From the NCBI GenBank assembly GCA_029258885.1, contig JAPDJW010000001.1:64001-128000 (forward strand): DNA of 64,000 nucleotides, read 5' to 3'. Positions within the stretch are counted from its first letter, which is position 1. Each line of letters opens with the position of its first letter. Source of the stretch: Thermoproteota archaeon (lineage in GTDB: Archaea; Thermoproteota; Thermoprotei; Thermofilales; B9-G17). This document shows positions 43,377 to 54,518 of the stretch, piece after piece. Both the position numbers and the translations under genes were made by a program. Under the pieces are notes generated by a model that was not told the origin of the DNA, searched no databases, and worked only from the letters and a program-made list of their open reading frames with translations.

Positions 43377-44087
43377 ATGAAAGATTATAGTCGAATAAGC
43401 CCTAAAATTGATGAATTTAAGGTATATTATGATGAAGAACATTGGCAATTACTTAAAAATTTAAGGAGGAATGCTCGTAGGGTCATGTATGTGCTCTCTA
43501 AACATAATATTAACACAGTCCTCCATGGTAGTGTTGCAAGGGGGGATGTGAATAAAGACAGTGATGTAGATATGGCGGTCTTGGATCTTATATCGCCATC
43601 CATCATTGAAACTATTCTCGACCTTTCAAATGTTAACATAAATTATAGAACGATAATTCAAGCTACTCCAAACAGCACGCCGAAACTATATTACCACTTA
43701 CATGGTAACGTCATTCTAGCGGTACCATTGGGAAAATTAAGTAGGCTAGAGAGGGAGTTTTACAAGTTTGGAGGAGAGCTGGATCTTAACGGATTAATTC
43801 TGAATCGTAGAGTTCCTGGAGTCAATAAGAACCTAAGGTTAGTTCTACCAACAGAGTACGGTCATATTGAGAAGTCAATAATTGGAAGAGAAGAGGAGGT
43901 TGCCAGAACATTAAATGTATCCATGGATATTATACGCGAGAGGATAAGAATGCTCACAAGAAGAGAATCCATCGGTAGGACGGGTGTCTTTATAAAGAGG
44001 GTCTTAAACCATAATGAAAGTGTTAATGATGTAATAAAAGAATTAATGAAGAAGAGTCCGGCCTTTAGGCGAAAAGTAGACTTATAA
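43377..44087 (+). CDS. Predicted Pol-beta superfamily nucleotidyltransferase
   Basis: HGSVARGDV..DSDVD motif, FY.FGG, RVPGV.K.L. Confidence 0.8.
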   Translation: MKDYSRISPKIDEFKVYYDEEHWQLLKNLRRNARRVMYVLSKHNINTVLHGSVARGDVNKDSDVDMAVLDLISPSIIETILDLSNVNINYRTIIQATPNSTPKLYYHLHGNVILAVPLGKLSRLEREFYKFGGELDLNGLILNRRVPGVNKNLRLVLPTEYGHIEKSIIGREEEVARTLNVSMDIIRERIRMLTRRESIGRTGVFIKRVLNHNESVNDVIKELMKKSPAFRRKVDL

Positions 44088-44145
44088 CATCTTTGCGGTC
44101 TTCTGAGTTATTGTAATGATGATGTCGATTCATCGCAGTAAGTTA

Positions 44146-44823
44146 TTACGCCGTATAGATATGCTCATAAGCACATAATATCCGAGAGATAACTATCCAT
44201 GTTTCTAGTGTTTCTTTGAAGATAGATACTATATAGTCGGCTTGTTCCCGTATTTCCTGACTTATGTTTCCACGCTGAAAACCACCTATCAATATCAGTG
44301 GATTATCGCCTATAGGAAATTTTTTAGCTAGCTCGTGAACAGACATTTTCTTGCCTTTCTCGTCCAGTAAGATTACAGTTCCCGGCTTAACATGACCAAT
44401 TAAATCCTTTACGGACATCTCTCTAATCCATAAGAGAGGACTTGAACTATTAGGCGGAACCTTACCTTTATCTAATAGTTGTTCCATTAAGCCGACGAAC
44501 CTTATATAGTTCTTGGGAATCCTTGTGGAAGGATCAATAAATACTACTTTTCCATCATATGTATGTACGTATATTCTAAGAAGTGCCATTTTATTTAAGG
44601 GGGATCCAAGTGCTTCAAGTAAACAGAAATGCACTATGTCGGGTCTCCCTCTCTTATTGAAGTCCTTCAAATTCTTCATTGCGTGGTAATGAAAGGAGAT
44701 ATCCAGCAAAACCTTACTTGGTTTCTTACCTCTTTTCTTAGCATATCTTCGAATCAGGGGATGTTTACTTATTTCCTTAGGTACAAGTTCAAGCCCAGAT
44801 TCTACTAGACATATATGTAACAT
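44146..44823 (-). CDS. nep1: rRNA pseudouridine N1-methyltransferase Nep1
   Basis: L.ES.LELVP, H..AM, RGRPDIVH..LL, R.P.NY.RF.GLMEQL, IGGF.RG; true start 44823, not 45060. Confidence 0.93.
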   Translation of the reverse strand: MLHICLVESGLELVPKEISKHPLIRRYAKKRGKKPSKVLLDISFHYHAMKNLKDFNKRGRPDIVHFCLLEALGSPLNKMALLRIYVHTYDGKVVFIDPSTRIPKNYIRFVGLMEQLLDKGKVPPNSSSPLLWIREMSVKDLIGHVKPGTVILLDEKGKKMSVHELAKKFPIGDNPLILIGGFQRGNISQEIREQADYIVSIFKETLETWIVISRILCAYEHIYTA

Positions 44824-44866
44824 GCAATTAATATTATTAGAAAGGTGATTTATATACGGTGACGAA

Positions 44867-45898
44867 ATGATAATCCTCGGAGATGAACAGACGTTACTTA
44901 ATGAACGCTTTCTAATAGGTTTAGTAAAAAAATACGGCGAACTTTTTAACCTATTTTCTCTACCTACGCTAATTTCTTCCTCATTAAAAAAGTCTTTAAA
45001 AATTTTCCCACATAGCATAATTAAAGTGATAAACAATGAGAAAATTTTAATTCCATACATTTCTTCCGAAAAAGATACCTACATTGACATGTTTAAAAAG
45101 TTAAAAAATAAAGGATATGGTGAATATCTAGTCCCAACTATAGCTGCCATAGGGTTTGCTGAATGGTTTGATTTTATAGAGCTTTTTCATAGCTTAGAGC
45201 CAGAGTTTATTCAACTGAATGTAATTCCTCCATACTATCTTGGCGGTTTATCATATTTTATCGATAATTTTTCTGGTTTTATCGCCGAGTTGAGGGAGAT
45301 AACCAATATAAAATTCCTGATTAAGCTTCCATTTGAGGTGTTATTCTCAAACAAATTGGCGAAAATACTATCATATGGAAGAGGCATTTTTACGTGTTAC
45401 AATATAAGCTTCTCTGGAAGCGAGGCAAAAGTTATTACCTTTAAATTGAGGCCAGAATACACGGACTTATTTCTTTCATTTCTTAAGAAAGCGAATCTTA
45501 ATAATATCGGTATCTCAGCTGATATTAGAGACCTTAAGCAATTACATAGAATGCTGAAGCTGAACGTAGATACAATAAGCATTCCGTATGTGTCTAGATC
45601 TATTATAGGTGTCCTTAAAGATTTAAATAAAGCTGAGCACGTTGAAGCGTCATCTATCATTAAGCTAAATCTTTCTAACGCAAAGGAACTTAAGCTAATC
45701 GTAGATCGAGATAAATGTGATAAGTGTATGGGTGAATACCTATGCATTAATTTCTGTCCATTCGAGGCAATTTCACTTAGAAACTCCTATCCATTCATAG
45801 ATAATGTCTCATGTACAAAATGTTACGTTTGTCTAAATATCTGTCCAAGAGATGCTATCTCGCGAGAATATAAGGTTCATATCAGTGTAAGCGATTAG
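44867..45898 (+). CDS. Degenerate DHODH/PreA-like barrel with C-terminal 2x[4Fe-4S] domain
   Basis: IQLNVIPP, IKLP and IGISADI resemble ELNxSCPN, VKL and GxGGI; CDKC...C...CP and CTKCYVCLNICP. Confidence 0.5.
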   Translation: MIILGDEQTLLNERFLIGLVKKYGELFNLFSLPTLISSSLKKSLKIFPHSIIKVINNEKILIPYISSEKDTYIDMFKKLKNKGYGEYLVPTIAAIGFAEWFDFIELFHSLEPEFIQLNVIPPYYLGGLSYFIDNFSGFIAELREITNIKFLIKLPFEVLFSNKLAKILSYGRGIFTCYNISFSGSEAKVITFKLRPEYTDLFLSFLKKANLNNIGISADIRDLKQLHRMLKLNVDTISIPYVSRSIIGVLKDLNKAEHVEASSIIKLNLSNAKELKLIVDRDKCDKCMGEYLCINFCPFEAISLRNSYPFIDNVSCTKCYVCLNICPRDAISREYKVHISVSD

Positions 45899-46128
45899 AG
45901 ATATGTGCGGTCAATTACATGAATTAACCTTAAATTCTTCTTAACGGGCTCTACGTATATGATTTTCCTAAGTTCAAGCTCCATTAGTGCTCTGTTAAGG
46001 TCCTTGAGAGTTACTTCCTTGCCATATAGTTTACGAAGTTCTTTTAAGAGTTCACTATCTCTAGCAACGCCGCTTCGCTTTCTCCTCAATATATCCAGAA
46101 TAATTACAGTTAGTGGCGCGTACATCAT
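45895..46128 (-). CDS. Small winged-helix-like protein downstream of cdc48
   Basis: D.EL...L.....DLN.ALM.LEL..II.V pattern. Confidence 0.6.
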   Translation of the reverse strand: MMYAPLTVIILDILRRKRSGVARDSELLKELRKLYGKEVTLKDLNRALMELELRKIIYVEPVKKNLRLIHVIDRTYL

Positions 46129-46134
46129 ATAACC

Positions 46135-48345
<2,211 letters not shown>

Positions 48346-48555
48346 TCAAAAACACCAAGCTAATTTTGCTTCAAATCACCAAAATAGTAGTGGACAATAG
48401 CAGTATTTAAGGTTAATGTTAAAGGTAGAAATAGTTTAATCAGATTTGGTACCCTACATCATAATTCAGTCTTCTACATTCATCACGACTATGTATTACT
48501 ACTAATAAGCTTGCTAATAAACTTTATAAAGTTGGAGTGAAAACTTATATTCTGA

Positions 48556-48658
48556 GCCGGGGTGGCCTAGCCATCTGATCCACAGGGAACCAGACTAGAA
48601 TGGTTAGGGCGCCGGACTCATAATCCGGAGGGCGTGGGTTCGAAGCCCACCCCCGGCA
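48556..48658 (+). tRNA. Elongator tRNA-Met(CAT) with a 28-nt D-loop intron (48573-48600, position 17/17a)
   Basis: GCCGGGG acceptor, CCGGA-CT CAT AA-TCCGG; BHB with central CTAG/CTAG and bulges CC|A and AA|T. Confidence 0.92.
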
Positions 48659-48917
48659 CTTGTCTAGTCTCTATCTTTATATTTTCATCAATTTTCCTTA
48701 TAATTTCTAAGACTTTATTTTTATCTCTAGTATTTTGTCTGCTAAGCCACAGAATAGCTGCCCGGTTGAAATACGGTTCTAGTAGAATGATTGCTATGAA
48801 CTTTTCTCCATCGCCGACTATGTATTCATATGCATGCATCCTTACGAAATATCCATGCTTTTTAAGCTGTCTAAGCAGTCTAAGGCGGTTTTCCTGAAGA
48901 GCAAATTTTGAGTGCAT
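48618..48917 (-). CDS. Hypothetical protein; 3' end overlaps tRNA-Met in antisense
   Basis: 99-aa ORF with protein-like composition. Confidence 0.55.
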   Translation of the reverse strand: MHSKFALQENRLRLLRQLKKHGYFVRMHAYEYIVGDGEKFIAIILLEPYFNRAAILWLSRQNTRDKNKVLEIIRKIDENIKIETRQVPGVGFEPTPSGL

Positions 48918-48988
48918 TTTATCCCAATACTTACCAGGATATTACTTAAACAATTTACCTGCTAAGCTTTATAAGCATATACTGTCTA

Positions 48989-49462
48989 TTGATGACCATG
49001 AGTGAAGTAGTTATGAGCGGCCTTAAGGAAGATTTTCTAAGGAATTTTAATGAAAAATTTAGGAGAATGTATGCTAAATATAACGAAGCGGTCAATAGGC
49101 GAGACTACGATGAAGCGATAAAGCTTGGAAAGGACATGTTAAATGATCTGTTAGCCATAGCGAGAAAATACATATTAGAAAATCTAAATAACCCAACGAT
49201 TAGGAGCCTAGTTGAAGATATCTTGACATACCACGAGAAGAACCTTGGCTACGTTGAAGGGACGGAAGAAGCTATTGAAGATATTCCACTTCTATTCACA
49301 TTTGAGGCTAAAGAAAGAATACTCTCGACATTAGCTCCAAGTATTCAGGAGCTATTCAGCTTTATATTAGGGGCTCTTCTTGTATTAGCGGATATAAGAA
49401 GCACTACTTTTTATAGGAGAAAGGAGAACACCAATAAGGACAAATTACCTAAAATAGTATAA
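48989..49462 (+). CDS. Hypothetical all-helical protein
   Basis: 157-aa ORF, TATA-like TTTATAAG upstream, no motif recognised. Confidence 0.7.
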   Translation: MMTMSEVVMSGLKEDFLRNFNEKFRRMYAKYNEAVNRRDYDEAIKLGKDMLNDLLAIARKYILENLNNPTIRSLVEDILTYHEKNLGYVEGTEEAIEDIPLLFTFEAKERILSTLAPSIQELFSFILGALLVLADIRSTTFYRRKENTNKDKLPKIV

Positions 49463-49466
49463 TCGG

Positions 49467-50450
49467 TTAAAGTGGAGGATGAACTTTTATTCTGTCTTTG
49501 CCCTTTAAATTTATCCATCTTATGAACTCTTCGTTTGGCGGCATCTTTTCCCAAAGCTCCTTTCTCCTAGCTTCAAGCAACATGTTATCCATGCCTCTGT
49601 ATTCAGCCATCGTAAATACTTTATTTTCACTTTCTCCACTTTCTATAAAAGCGGAATTCAGCCTGTCCTTCCACCCTAGATCCCTTAGTGTGTGATGACT
49701 TAATATCACGATATTCATCCTTCTTATCAACTCAATCATATTCTTCATACCTCTTTCGATGTCTGCCATACTCACTTTTTTCCCCTCAAGGTACAGTGGC
49801 GGTCCTCCAAGAATTAAAATATCAGGTCTTTCTTCAATTATGTATTCTAACGCGTTGTGGTCCATGGGACCTTGTATATCCGATGCATGCACTACTTTTT
49901 CATCGTCAAATATTACTGTTGTCATTAGAACCCATCCAAGGCGTGTCCCTGGTGGACCGTGAGGAAATGGCTTAGAAAACTTAACGATAGTATCGCCTAT
50001 CCTTATAGTCTTGCCATCTACCTGAAGTATTTTATACGCCTTATCCTTAATAGCTTCATAAAGATATTTTGCTCTTACCATTTGCCGGTAGTTTATGTTG
50101 TTGCTAAAATCTTTCATTAATACTATTTTATCTCCATATATCTCCTCGTATGTATCTTCACGCGTCCATTCGTACCAGCTCGGAAAACTGGGCGTATAGT
50201 GATCCAAATGATAGTGGCTGATAATTACAACCTCGGATAGCCTAGAGTAATCTAGTATTCTTTCTCTAGCTTCTCTTAGCTTGATAAACTCCGACGGATG
50301 GGGAGGTAGCCCGTACCTGCGGGGAGCAAGGGAGACTCCCGCGTCAATTAGTATCCCTAGGTCTGGAGTTTGTACATAGACCGACATACTTCGAACTCCC
50401 AAGCTCTCGTCGGCTAGTGGCACTACTCTTATTTTACCCAAGGGAATCAC
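49467..50450 (-). CDS. Metallo-beta-lactamase-fold hydrolase (UPF0282-like)
   Basis: ESLGVRSM, ISHYHLDH, FPHG, HASDIQG, SHH.LRD. Confidence 0.85.
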   Translation of the reverse strand: MIPLGKIRVVPLADESLGVRSMSVYVQTPDLGILIDAGVSLAPRRYGLPPHPSEFIKLREARERILDYSRLSEVVIISHYHLDHYTPSFPSWYEWTREDTYEEIYGDKIVLMKDFSNNINYRQMVRAKYLYEAIKDKAYKILQVDGKTIRIGDTIVKFSKPFPHGPPGTRLGWVLMTTVIFDDEKVVHASDIQGPMDHNALEYIIEERPDILILGGPPLYLEGKKVSMADIERGMKNMIELIRRMNIVILSHHTLRDLGWKDRLNSAFIESGESENKVFTMAEYRGMDNMLLEARRKELWEKMPPNEEFIRWINLKGKDRIKVHPPL

Positions 50451-52840
50451 CCAAAGAAATCAAAAAGTGAAGCTTGCCTTCTTCCGGCTAATAGCTGGTT
50501 TTCTGATATGCCGAAATATCCTAGAATTCTTATAGCAACAGGAATTATCTGTTTCTTAATATAGTAGTCAATATCAAGTTCATCCATATCTTTTACAAAA
50601 ACGTATGGTTCAGCTTTATCCGCTAGCCTTCCACCCGGTCTCTTAACTATGACATAACCTATCTTATCGCCTACGGTTAATGAATAACCAGCCGCTAGCA
50701 GTTTTCTAGCTGCAACTACGTGCGCTGCGCTGACCTCATATTCTGAAAGCTTCTTAGTTATTGATTTCCAGATAATTAGCTTATCCATCGGGATTTCTTT
50801 CCCCCTAAGTTTTTCAATAACCTCATGCACATACTTAACTGCAGGAGCAGGGTCTTTTTTCGTAAGCACTATCTTTATTATTTCCTCCTGTACCTCTTTG
50901 GCTAGCTCGGTCCAATCGCCGCGAATAGCTTCTAGGCCAACTACGTCTATTCTTCCATCACTTAAAAGGCCACAGTATCTTTTTTTGGCTTCAGTGAAGA
51001 AAACCCTAATGTATATCTTATCAGGCTTTATCTCTAAGCCAAGCTTTTTATTAACTTCCTCAATAAAGCGTTTAACCTTATCCTTATCGTACTTGATGAA
51101 TATGCTATCGGTATCTCCGTATATGACTCTTAACCCCATCTTCTTGGCAAGTTCTATTGTTTCCCTAATCGTTTTCCTACCCCAGGCGGTCGTTGCCTCG
51201 GCCACTTCACGTTTATACCATCTAGCTCCGACCCATCCACAGTATCCATAGGTAGCGTTTGCGATAACCTTTATAGCTCTTTGTCTCTCATAGAGTATCG
51301 TATATTCGATGCTCGTAGGATCCAGCTTCTTCATCTGCTCTTTAATCATCTTCCTGAATTTCAATAGTCTCTCCAGCACCTTCTTGTAGAACCCTGGTGG
51401 CTCTTTCAGAAACCTATGGCCGACTTCAGGAGCTATATTAACTTTGCTTGGATCTACTTTCTCGTAGGGGGGAACGTAAGTATCAGGTGAAATATTCTTC
51501 GAAATCATTATATTCGGATATAGTGATGAGAAGTCAAGCACAGCGATATTCTCATGAAGGCCGGGCTTCGGCTTGAGGACAATTGCACCCCTATAAGGTC
51601 TATACGGTCTTTCAACTCTATTAGGGACAAGCTCGTTGAACTTGTATGCCTGTCTCATTAAGTGCCACTCGACTCTGTATCCGACCGAAGCAGAGCCTAC
51701 TTGATCGAGTGGAAGACCAACTATGCTTGAGAGTTGTATGGCGAAGGGAAGAAATTTATCAGCGAGGCCTAAAATACTTTCCACATCATCAATAGCATAC
51801 CTTATCAGCGTCTCCCTCTTCGCGGGATCATCCCAATACTTGTATATGTCGATTCCAGGAATCAGTATTCTCTCATTTTTCTTCTTTACTCCGAGATACT
51901 CAGCTATGTTTTCAAGAGTTTTAACTTTTACTTCATATATATCCTCAGCGAAATCATAAAGATCTACGTTAGCTCTTCCTATTATCGATATATGACCATA
52001 TACGCTCGTCGCTGGCTGTGCTCCTGACCTAGCTACAGAAAGCTTCAGTTTTAGAGCTTTACATCTCTCCAGCAGGTAAGGCCAATCAAATCCATTACAG
52101 TTATAACCCACTATCACGTCAGGGTCGTATTTATTCAAGAATTCTGTGAATCCTTTAATGGCGGATGCATCATTTTTTCCATCTGCGGTGAACACTTTTT
52201 TATCTCCATTATTTGTCATTACAGAAATTACTATGACGGGATCTCTCTCCGGCTTTGGTGTTCCAAATTTATTATAGCATTCTATATCAAAGGCAAGGAC
52301 GCGTAAAGGGGGAACTGTGGTCTCATCGCTTCGGCGTAAGTCTCCTTTCAATACATAGACCTTATCAATCCTCCACTTTTCAGGTACTTCTATCTCTTCA
52401 ACGTCGGCTATATGCCACGTTGAAGGATAAACGTCTTTATCAATCATGTATCGCATGTAGAACCGTATATCCGCTTCCAGTACGTCCTTTATTCCAGGCA
52501 ATTTCTTAACGGCTTCTCTTAAGTTCGGCACTATTGTTGGTATCTGGCATGTAATTTTAATAACGTCTATGGGCTTGCCGTAGAATTTCTTACTAACTAC
52601 TTCAACATTTAATATCTTGTACTTAGGTTCAAGCTTTTTAATTTTACTAACAACCGACTGCGTTTCAACGCCTTTTTCTGGAACGGCATAGAAGTATGGC
52701 CTAAAAGTTCTATCTATGACGACAACCCTATTACCGTTATCGTCAATACCCCACATTCTAATTTCAGGTATGCCATCCTTAGATATGTCGTAATTTATGT
52801 CTAGCAACCAAAACTTTATTTGTTTCAATATGCTCCCCAT
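50447..52840 (-). CDS. polB3: Family B DNA polymerase, PolB3
   Basis: FDIEC, DFSSLYPN, K..ANA.YGY, YGDTDS, C-terminal PIP box QASLFDFF. Confidence 0.96.
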   Translation of the reverse strand: MGSILKQIKFWLLDINYDISKDGIPEIRMWGIDDNGNRVVVIDRTFRPYFYAVPEKGVETQSVVSKIKKLEPKYKILNVEVVSKKFYGKPIDVIKITCQIPTIVPNLREAVKKLPGIKDVLEADIRFYMRYMIDKDVYPSTWHIADVEEIEVPEKWRIDKVYVLKGDLRRSDETTVPPLRVLAFDIECYNKFGTPKPERDPVIVISVMTNNGDKKVFTADGKNDASAIKGFTEFLNKYDPDVIVGYNCNGFDWPYLLERCKALKLKLSVARSGAQPATSVYGHISIIGRANVDLYDFAEDIYEVKVKTLENIAEYLGVKKKNERILIPGIDIYKYWDDPAKRETLIRYAIDDVESILGLADKFLPFAIQLSSIVGLPLDQVGSASVGYRVEWHLMRQAYKFNELVPNRVERPYRPYRGAIVLKPKPGLHENIAVLDFSSLYPNIMISKNISPDTYVPPYEKVDPSKVNIAPEVGHRFLKEPPGFYKKVLERLLKFRKMIKEQMKKLDPTSIEYTILYERQRAIKVIANATYGYCGWVGARWYKREVAEATTAWGRKTIRETIELAKKMGLRVIYGDTDSIFIKYDKDKVKRFIEEVNKKLGLEIKPDKIYIRVFFTEAKKRYCGLLSDGRIDVVGLEAIRGDWTELAKEVQEEIIKIVLTKKDPAPAVKYVHEVIEKLRGKEIPMDKLIIWKSITKKLSEYEVSAAHVVAARKLLAAGYSLTVGDKIGYVIVKRPGGRLADKAEPYVFVKDMDELDIDYYIKKQIIPVAIRILGYFGISENQLLAGRRQASLFDFFG

Positions 52841-52858
52841 AGGGTATATGTACAGGTG

Positions 52859-52939
52859 GCCCGCTCTGTCTCGGACCCGGGTGTCCCGCTTTTCATGGTT
52901 TATCGAGCGGGGACCTAAGGTCCGACTCTTTGAGCGGGC
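52859..52939 (-). ncRNA. 81-nt GC-rich hairpin (structured polB3 leader or sRNA) with a K-loop-like apex
   Basis: GCCCGCTC/GAGCGGGC, TCGGACC/GGTCCGA and CCCGCT/AGCGGG stems; TTTAAGTA box 20 nt upstream on the minus strand. Confidence 0.55.
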
Positions 52940-52996
52940 AATATAAAATATACAACGTATACTTAAATTTCTTATCGAAAGTAGAAGGATGGGGCT

Positions 52997-54370
52997 ATGA
53001 GAAAGGCTAAAGCGTGGCTTGATATATATCTAGGCCTAAAGGCCTATATATCAGATACCAATGGCATAGGTGGTTGCATAAAGACTGTGCCTGATGATTT
53101 TATAGTTGAGGAAATAGATCCATGGGGGAAAGTAGTTCCGGGAGACTTTTCAGCTTCTCCTTCTACATCGCATGTCGAGGCTACGGATAGATATTTATGG
53201 TTTATATTAGAAAAGAAGGGCATCGATACGATAAGCGCATTAAGGGTAATAGCCAAGGAGATAGGTGTAAGTTATAAAGTTTTCTCGTTTGCTGGACTTA
53301 AAGATTCCAAGGCCTTAACTTATCAGCTAGTCTCGACAACAATACCCTATGAGAAGATCTCGAAATTTAAAGACCGCTACGGAAAAATATCAATTAGAAT
53401 AATAGGATACAGACCTTTTCACAGTAGACCCGGTATGCTCTATGGAAATAGATTTACAATAATAATTAGAAGAATATTTCTGGAAAAAGATGCAATACTA
53501 AATAGGATTAATAGGATAATGCAAGAGATAAATGAAGCAGGGGGTGTGCCTTCATATTATGGCTATCAGCGGTTTGGTACAATAAGGCCGAATACACATA
53601 TAATAGGGAAGTATTTAATTCTCGGAAAATTTAAGGAGGCTGTTTTCGAGCTAGTGGCAAAAGCTTACCCTATGGAGAAAGATGAGATAAAGGAAATTAG
53701 GAATTATATAGCGGAAACAGAGGACTACAAGAAAGGCTTTGAAATGTTTCCGAGAGCTTTAAGTCACGAAAGAACGGTGTTGGGGCATTTAGCCAAGAAG
53801 CCAAAAGATTACTTGGGAGCTTTAAGAAAGCTACCTTTAAGTATAAGGAAGCTTTTCGTCGAGGCATATCAAGCTTATATATTTAATAAAACCCTAAGCA
53901 AGCGACTTTTGTCTGGATACTCCATAGTATACCCATTGATTGGAGATATTGTGGGAATAAAGAGGGGAAATGAGGTAAGTGGAATAATAATAGCCAGCGA
54001 GGGTAATTTAAAGACTTTAAAAGAGTTAGTTTCCCGTGGCAAGGCAGTATTATTGTTGGATGTTCCAGGCTATAATACGCAAGCAAGAGAAGGAGTGCAA
54101 TATGAAATATTAAAAGAGGTCCTGGATGAAGAGGGAGTTAAACTAGATAATTTTAAAGTAAAGCATATGCCGGAGGTATCCTCTAGAGGGTATCATCGCT
54201 TAGCGTCATTTCTTCCTGAAGATTTTAAGGTTCTAAGGGTATGTGAGGACGATATGCATAGCAGCGCGTTCATGGTATCTATCAGATTTATTCTGAAAAA
54301 GGGACTGTATGCTACCGTTTTTCTTAGAGAAATTATGAAGCCCAGCGATATAATAGAGTCAGGCTTCTAG
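52997..54370 (+). CDS. truD: tRNA pseudouridine(13) synthase
   Basis: DFIVEEI, FAGLKDS.A.T.Q, GNRF.I, PSYYG.QRFG, G.YAT. Confidence 0.95.
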   Translation: MRKAKAWLDIYLGLKAYISDTNGIGGCIKTVPDDFIVEEIDPWGKVVPGDFSASPSTSHVEATDRYLWFILEKKGIDTISALRVIAKEIGVSYKVFSFAGLKDSKALTYQLVSTTIPYEKISKFKDRYGKISIRIIGYRPFHSRPGMLYGNRFTIIIRRIFLEKDAILNRINRIMQEINEAGGVPSYYGYQRFGTIRPNTHIIGKYLILGKFKEAVFELVAKAYPMEKDEIKEIRNYIAETEDYKKGFEMFPRALSHERTVLGHLAKKPKDYLGALRKLPLSIRKLFVEAYQAYIFNKTLSKRLLSGYSIVYPLIGDIVGIKRGNEVSGIIIASEGNLKTLKELVSRGKAVLLLDVPGYNTQAREGVQYEILKEVLDEEGVKLDNFKVKHMPEVSSRGYHRLASFLPEDFKVLRVCEDDMHSSAFMVSIRFILKKGLYATVFLREIMKPSDIIESGF

Positions 54371-54518
54371 TCTTAATATCATCAGCTATTGTTTATGCTT
54401 TTTCCTCGTCAACTAAAGAACGATGAAAAATATTATAAGTATCTCCCCAGAAGATAGGATTAGATAATTAGCGTAAACAATAGGGATAGCGATAAGCTCT
54501 GATTAAGGGATTCTGAAA

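Noticed and set aside
44824-45060. 79-aa N-terminal extension of Nep1 in the ORF track
   Set aside because: It overlaps the divergent 44867 gene; Nep1 homology begins at ATG 44823.
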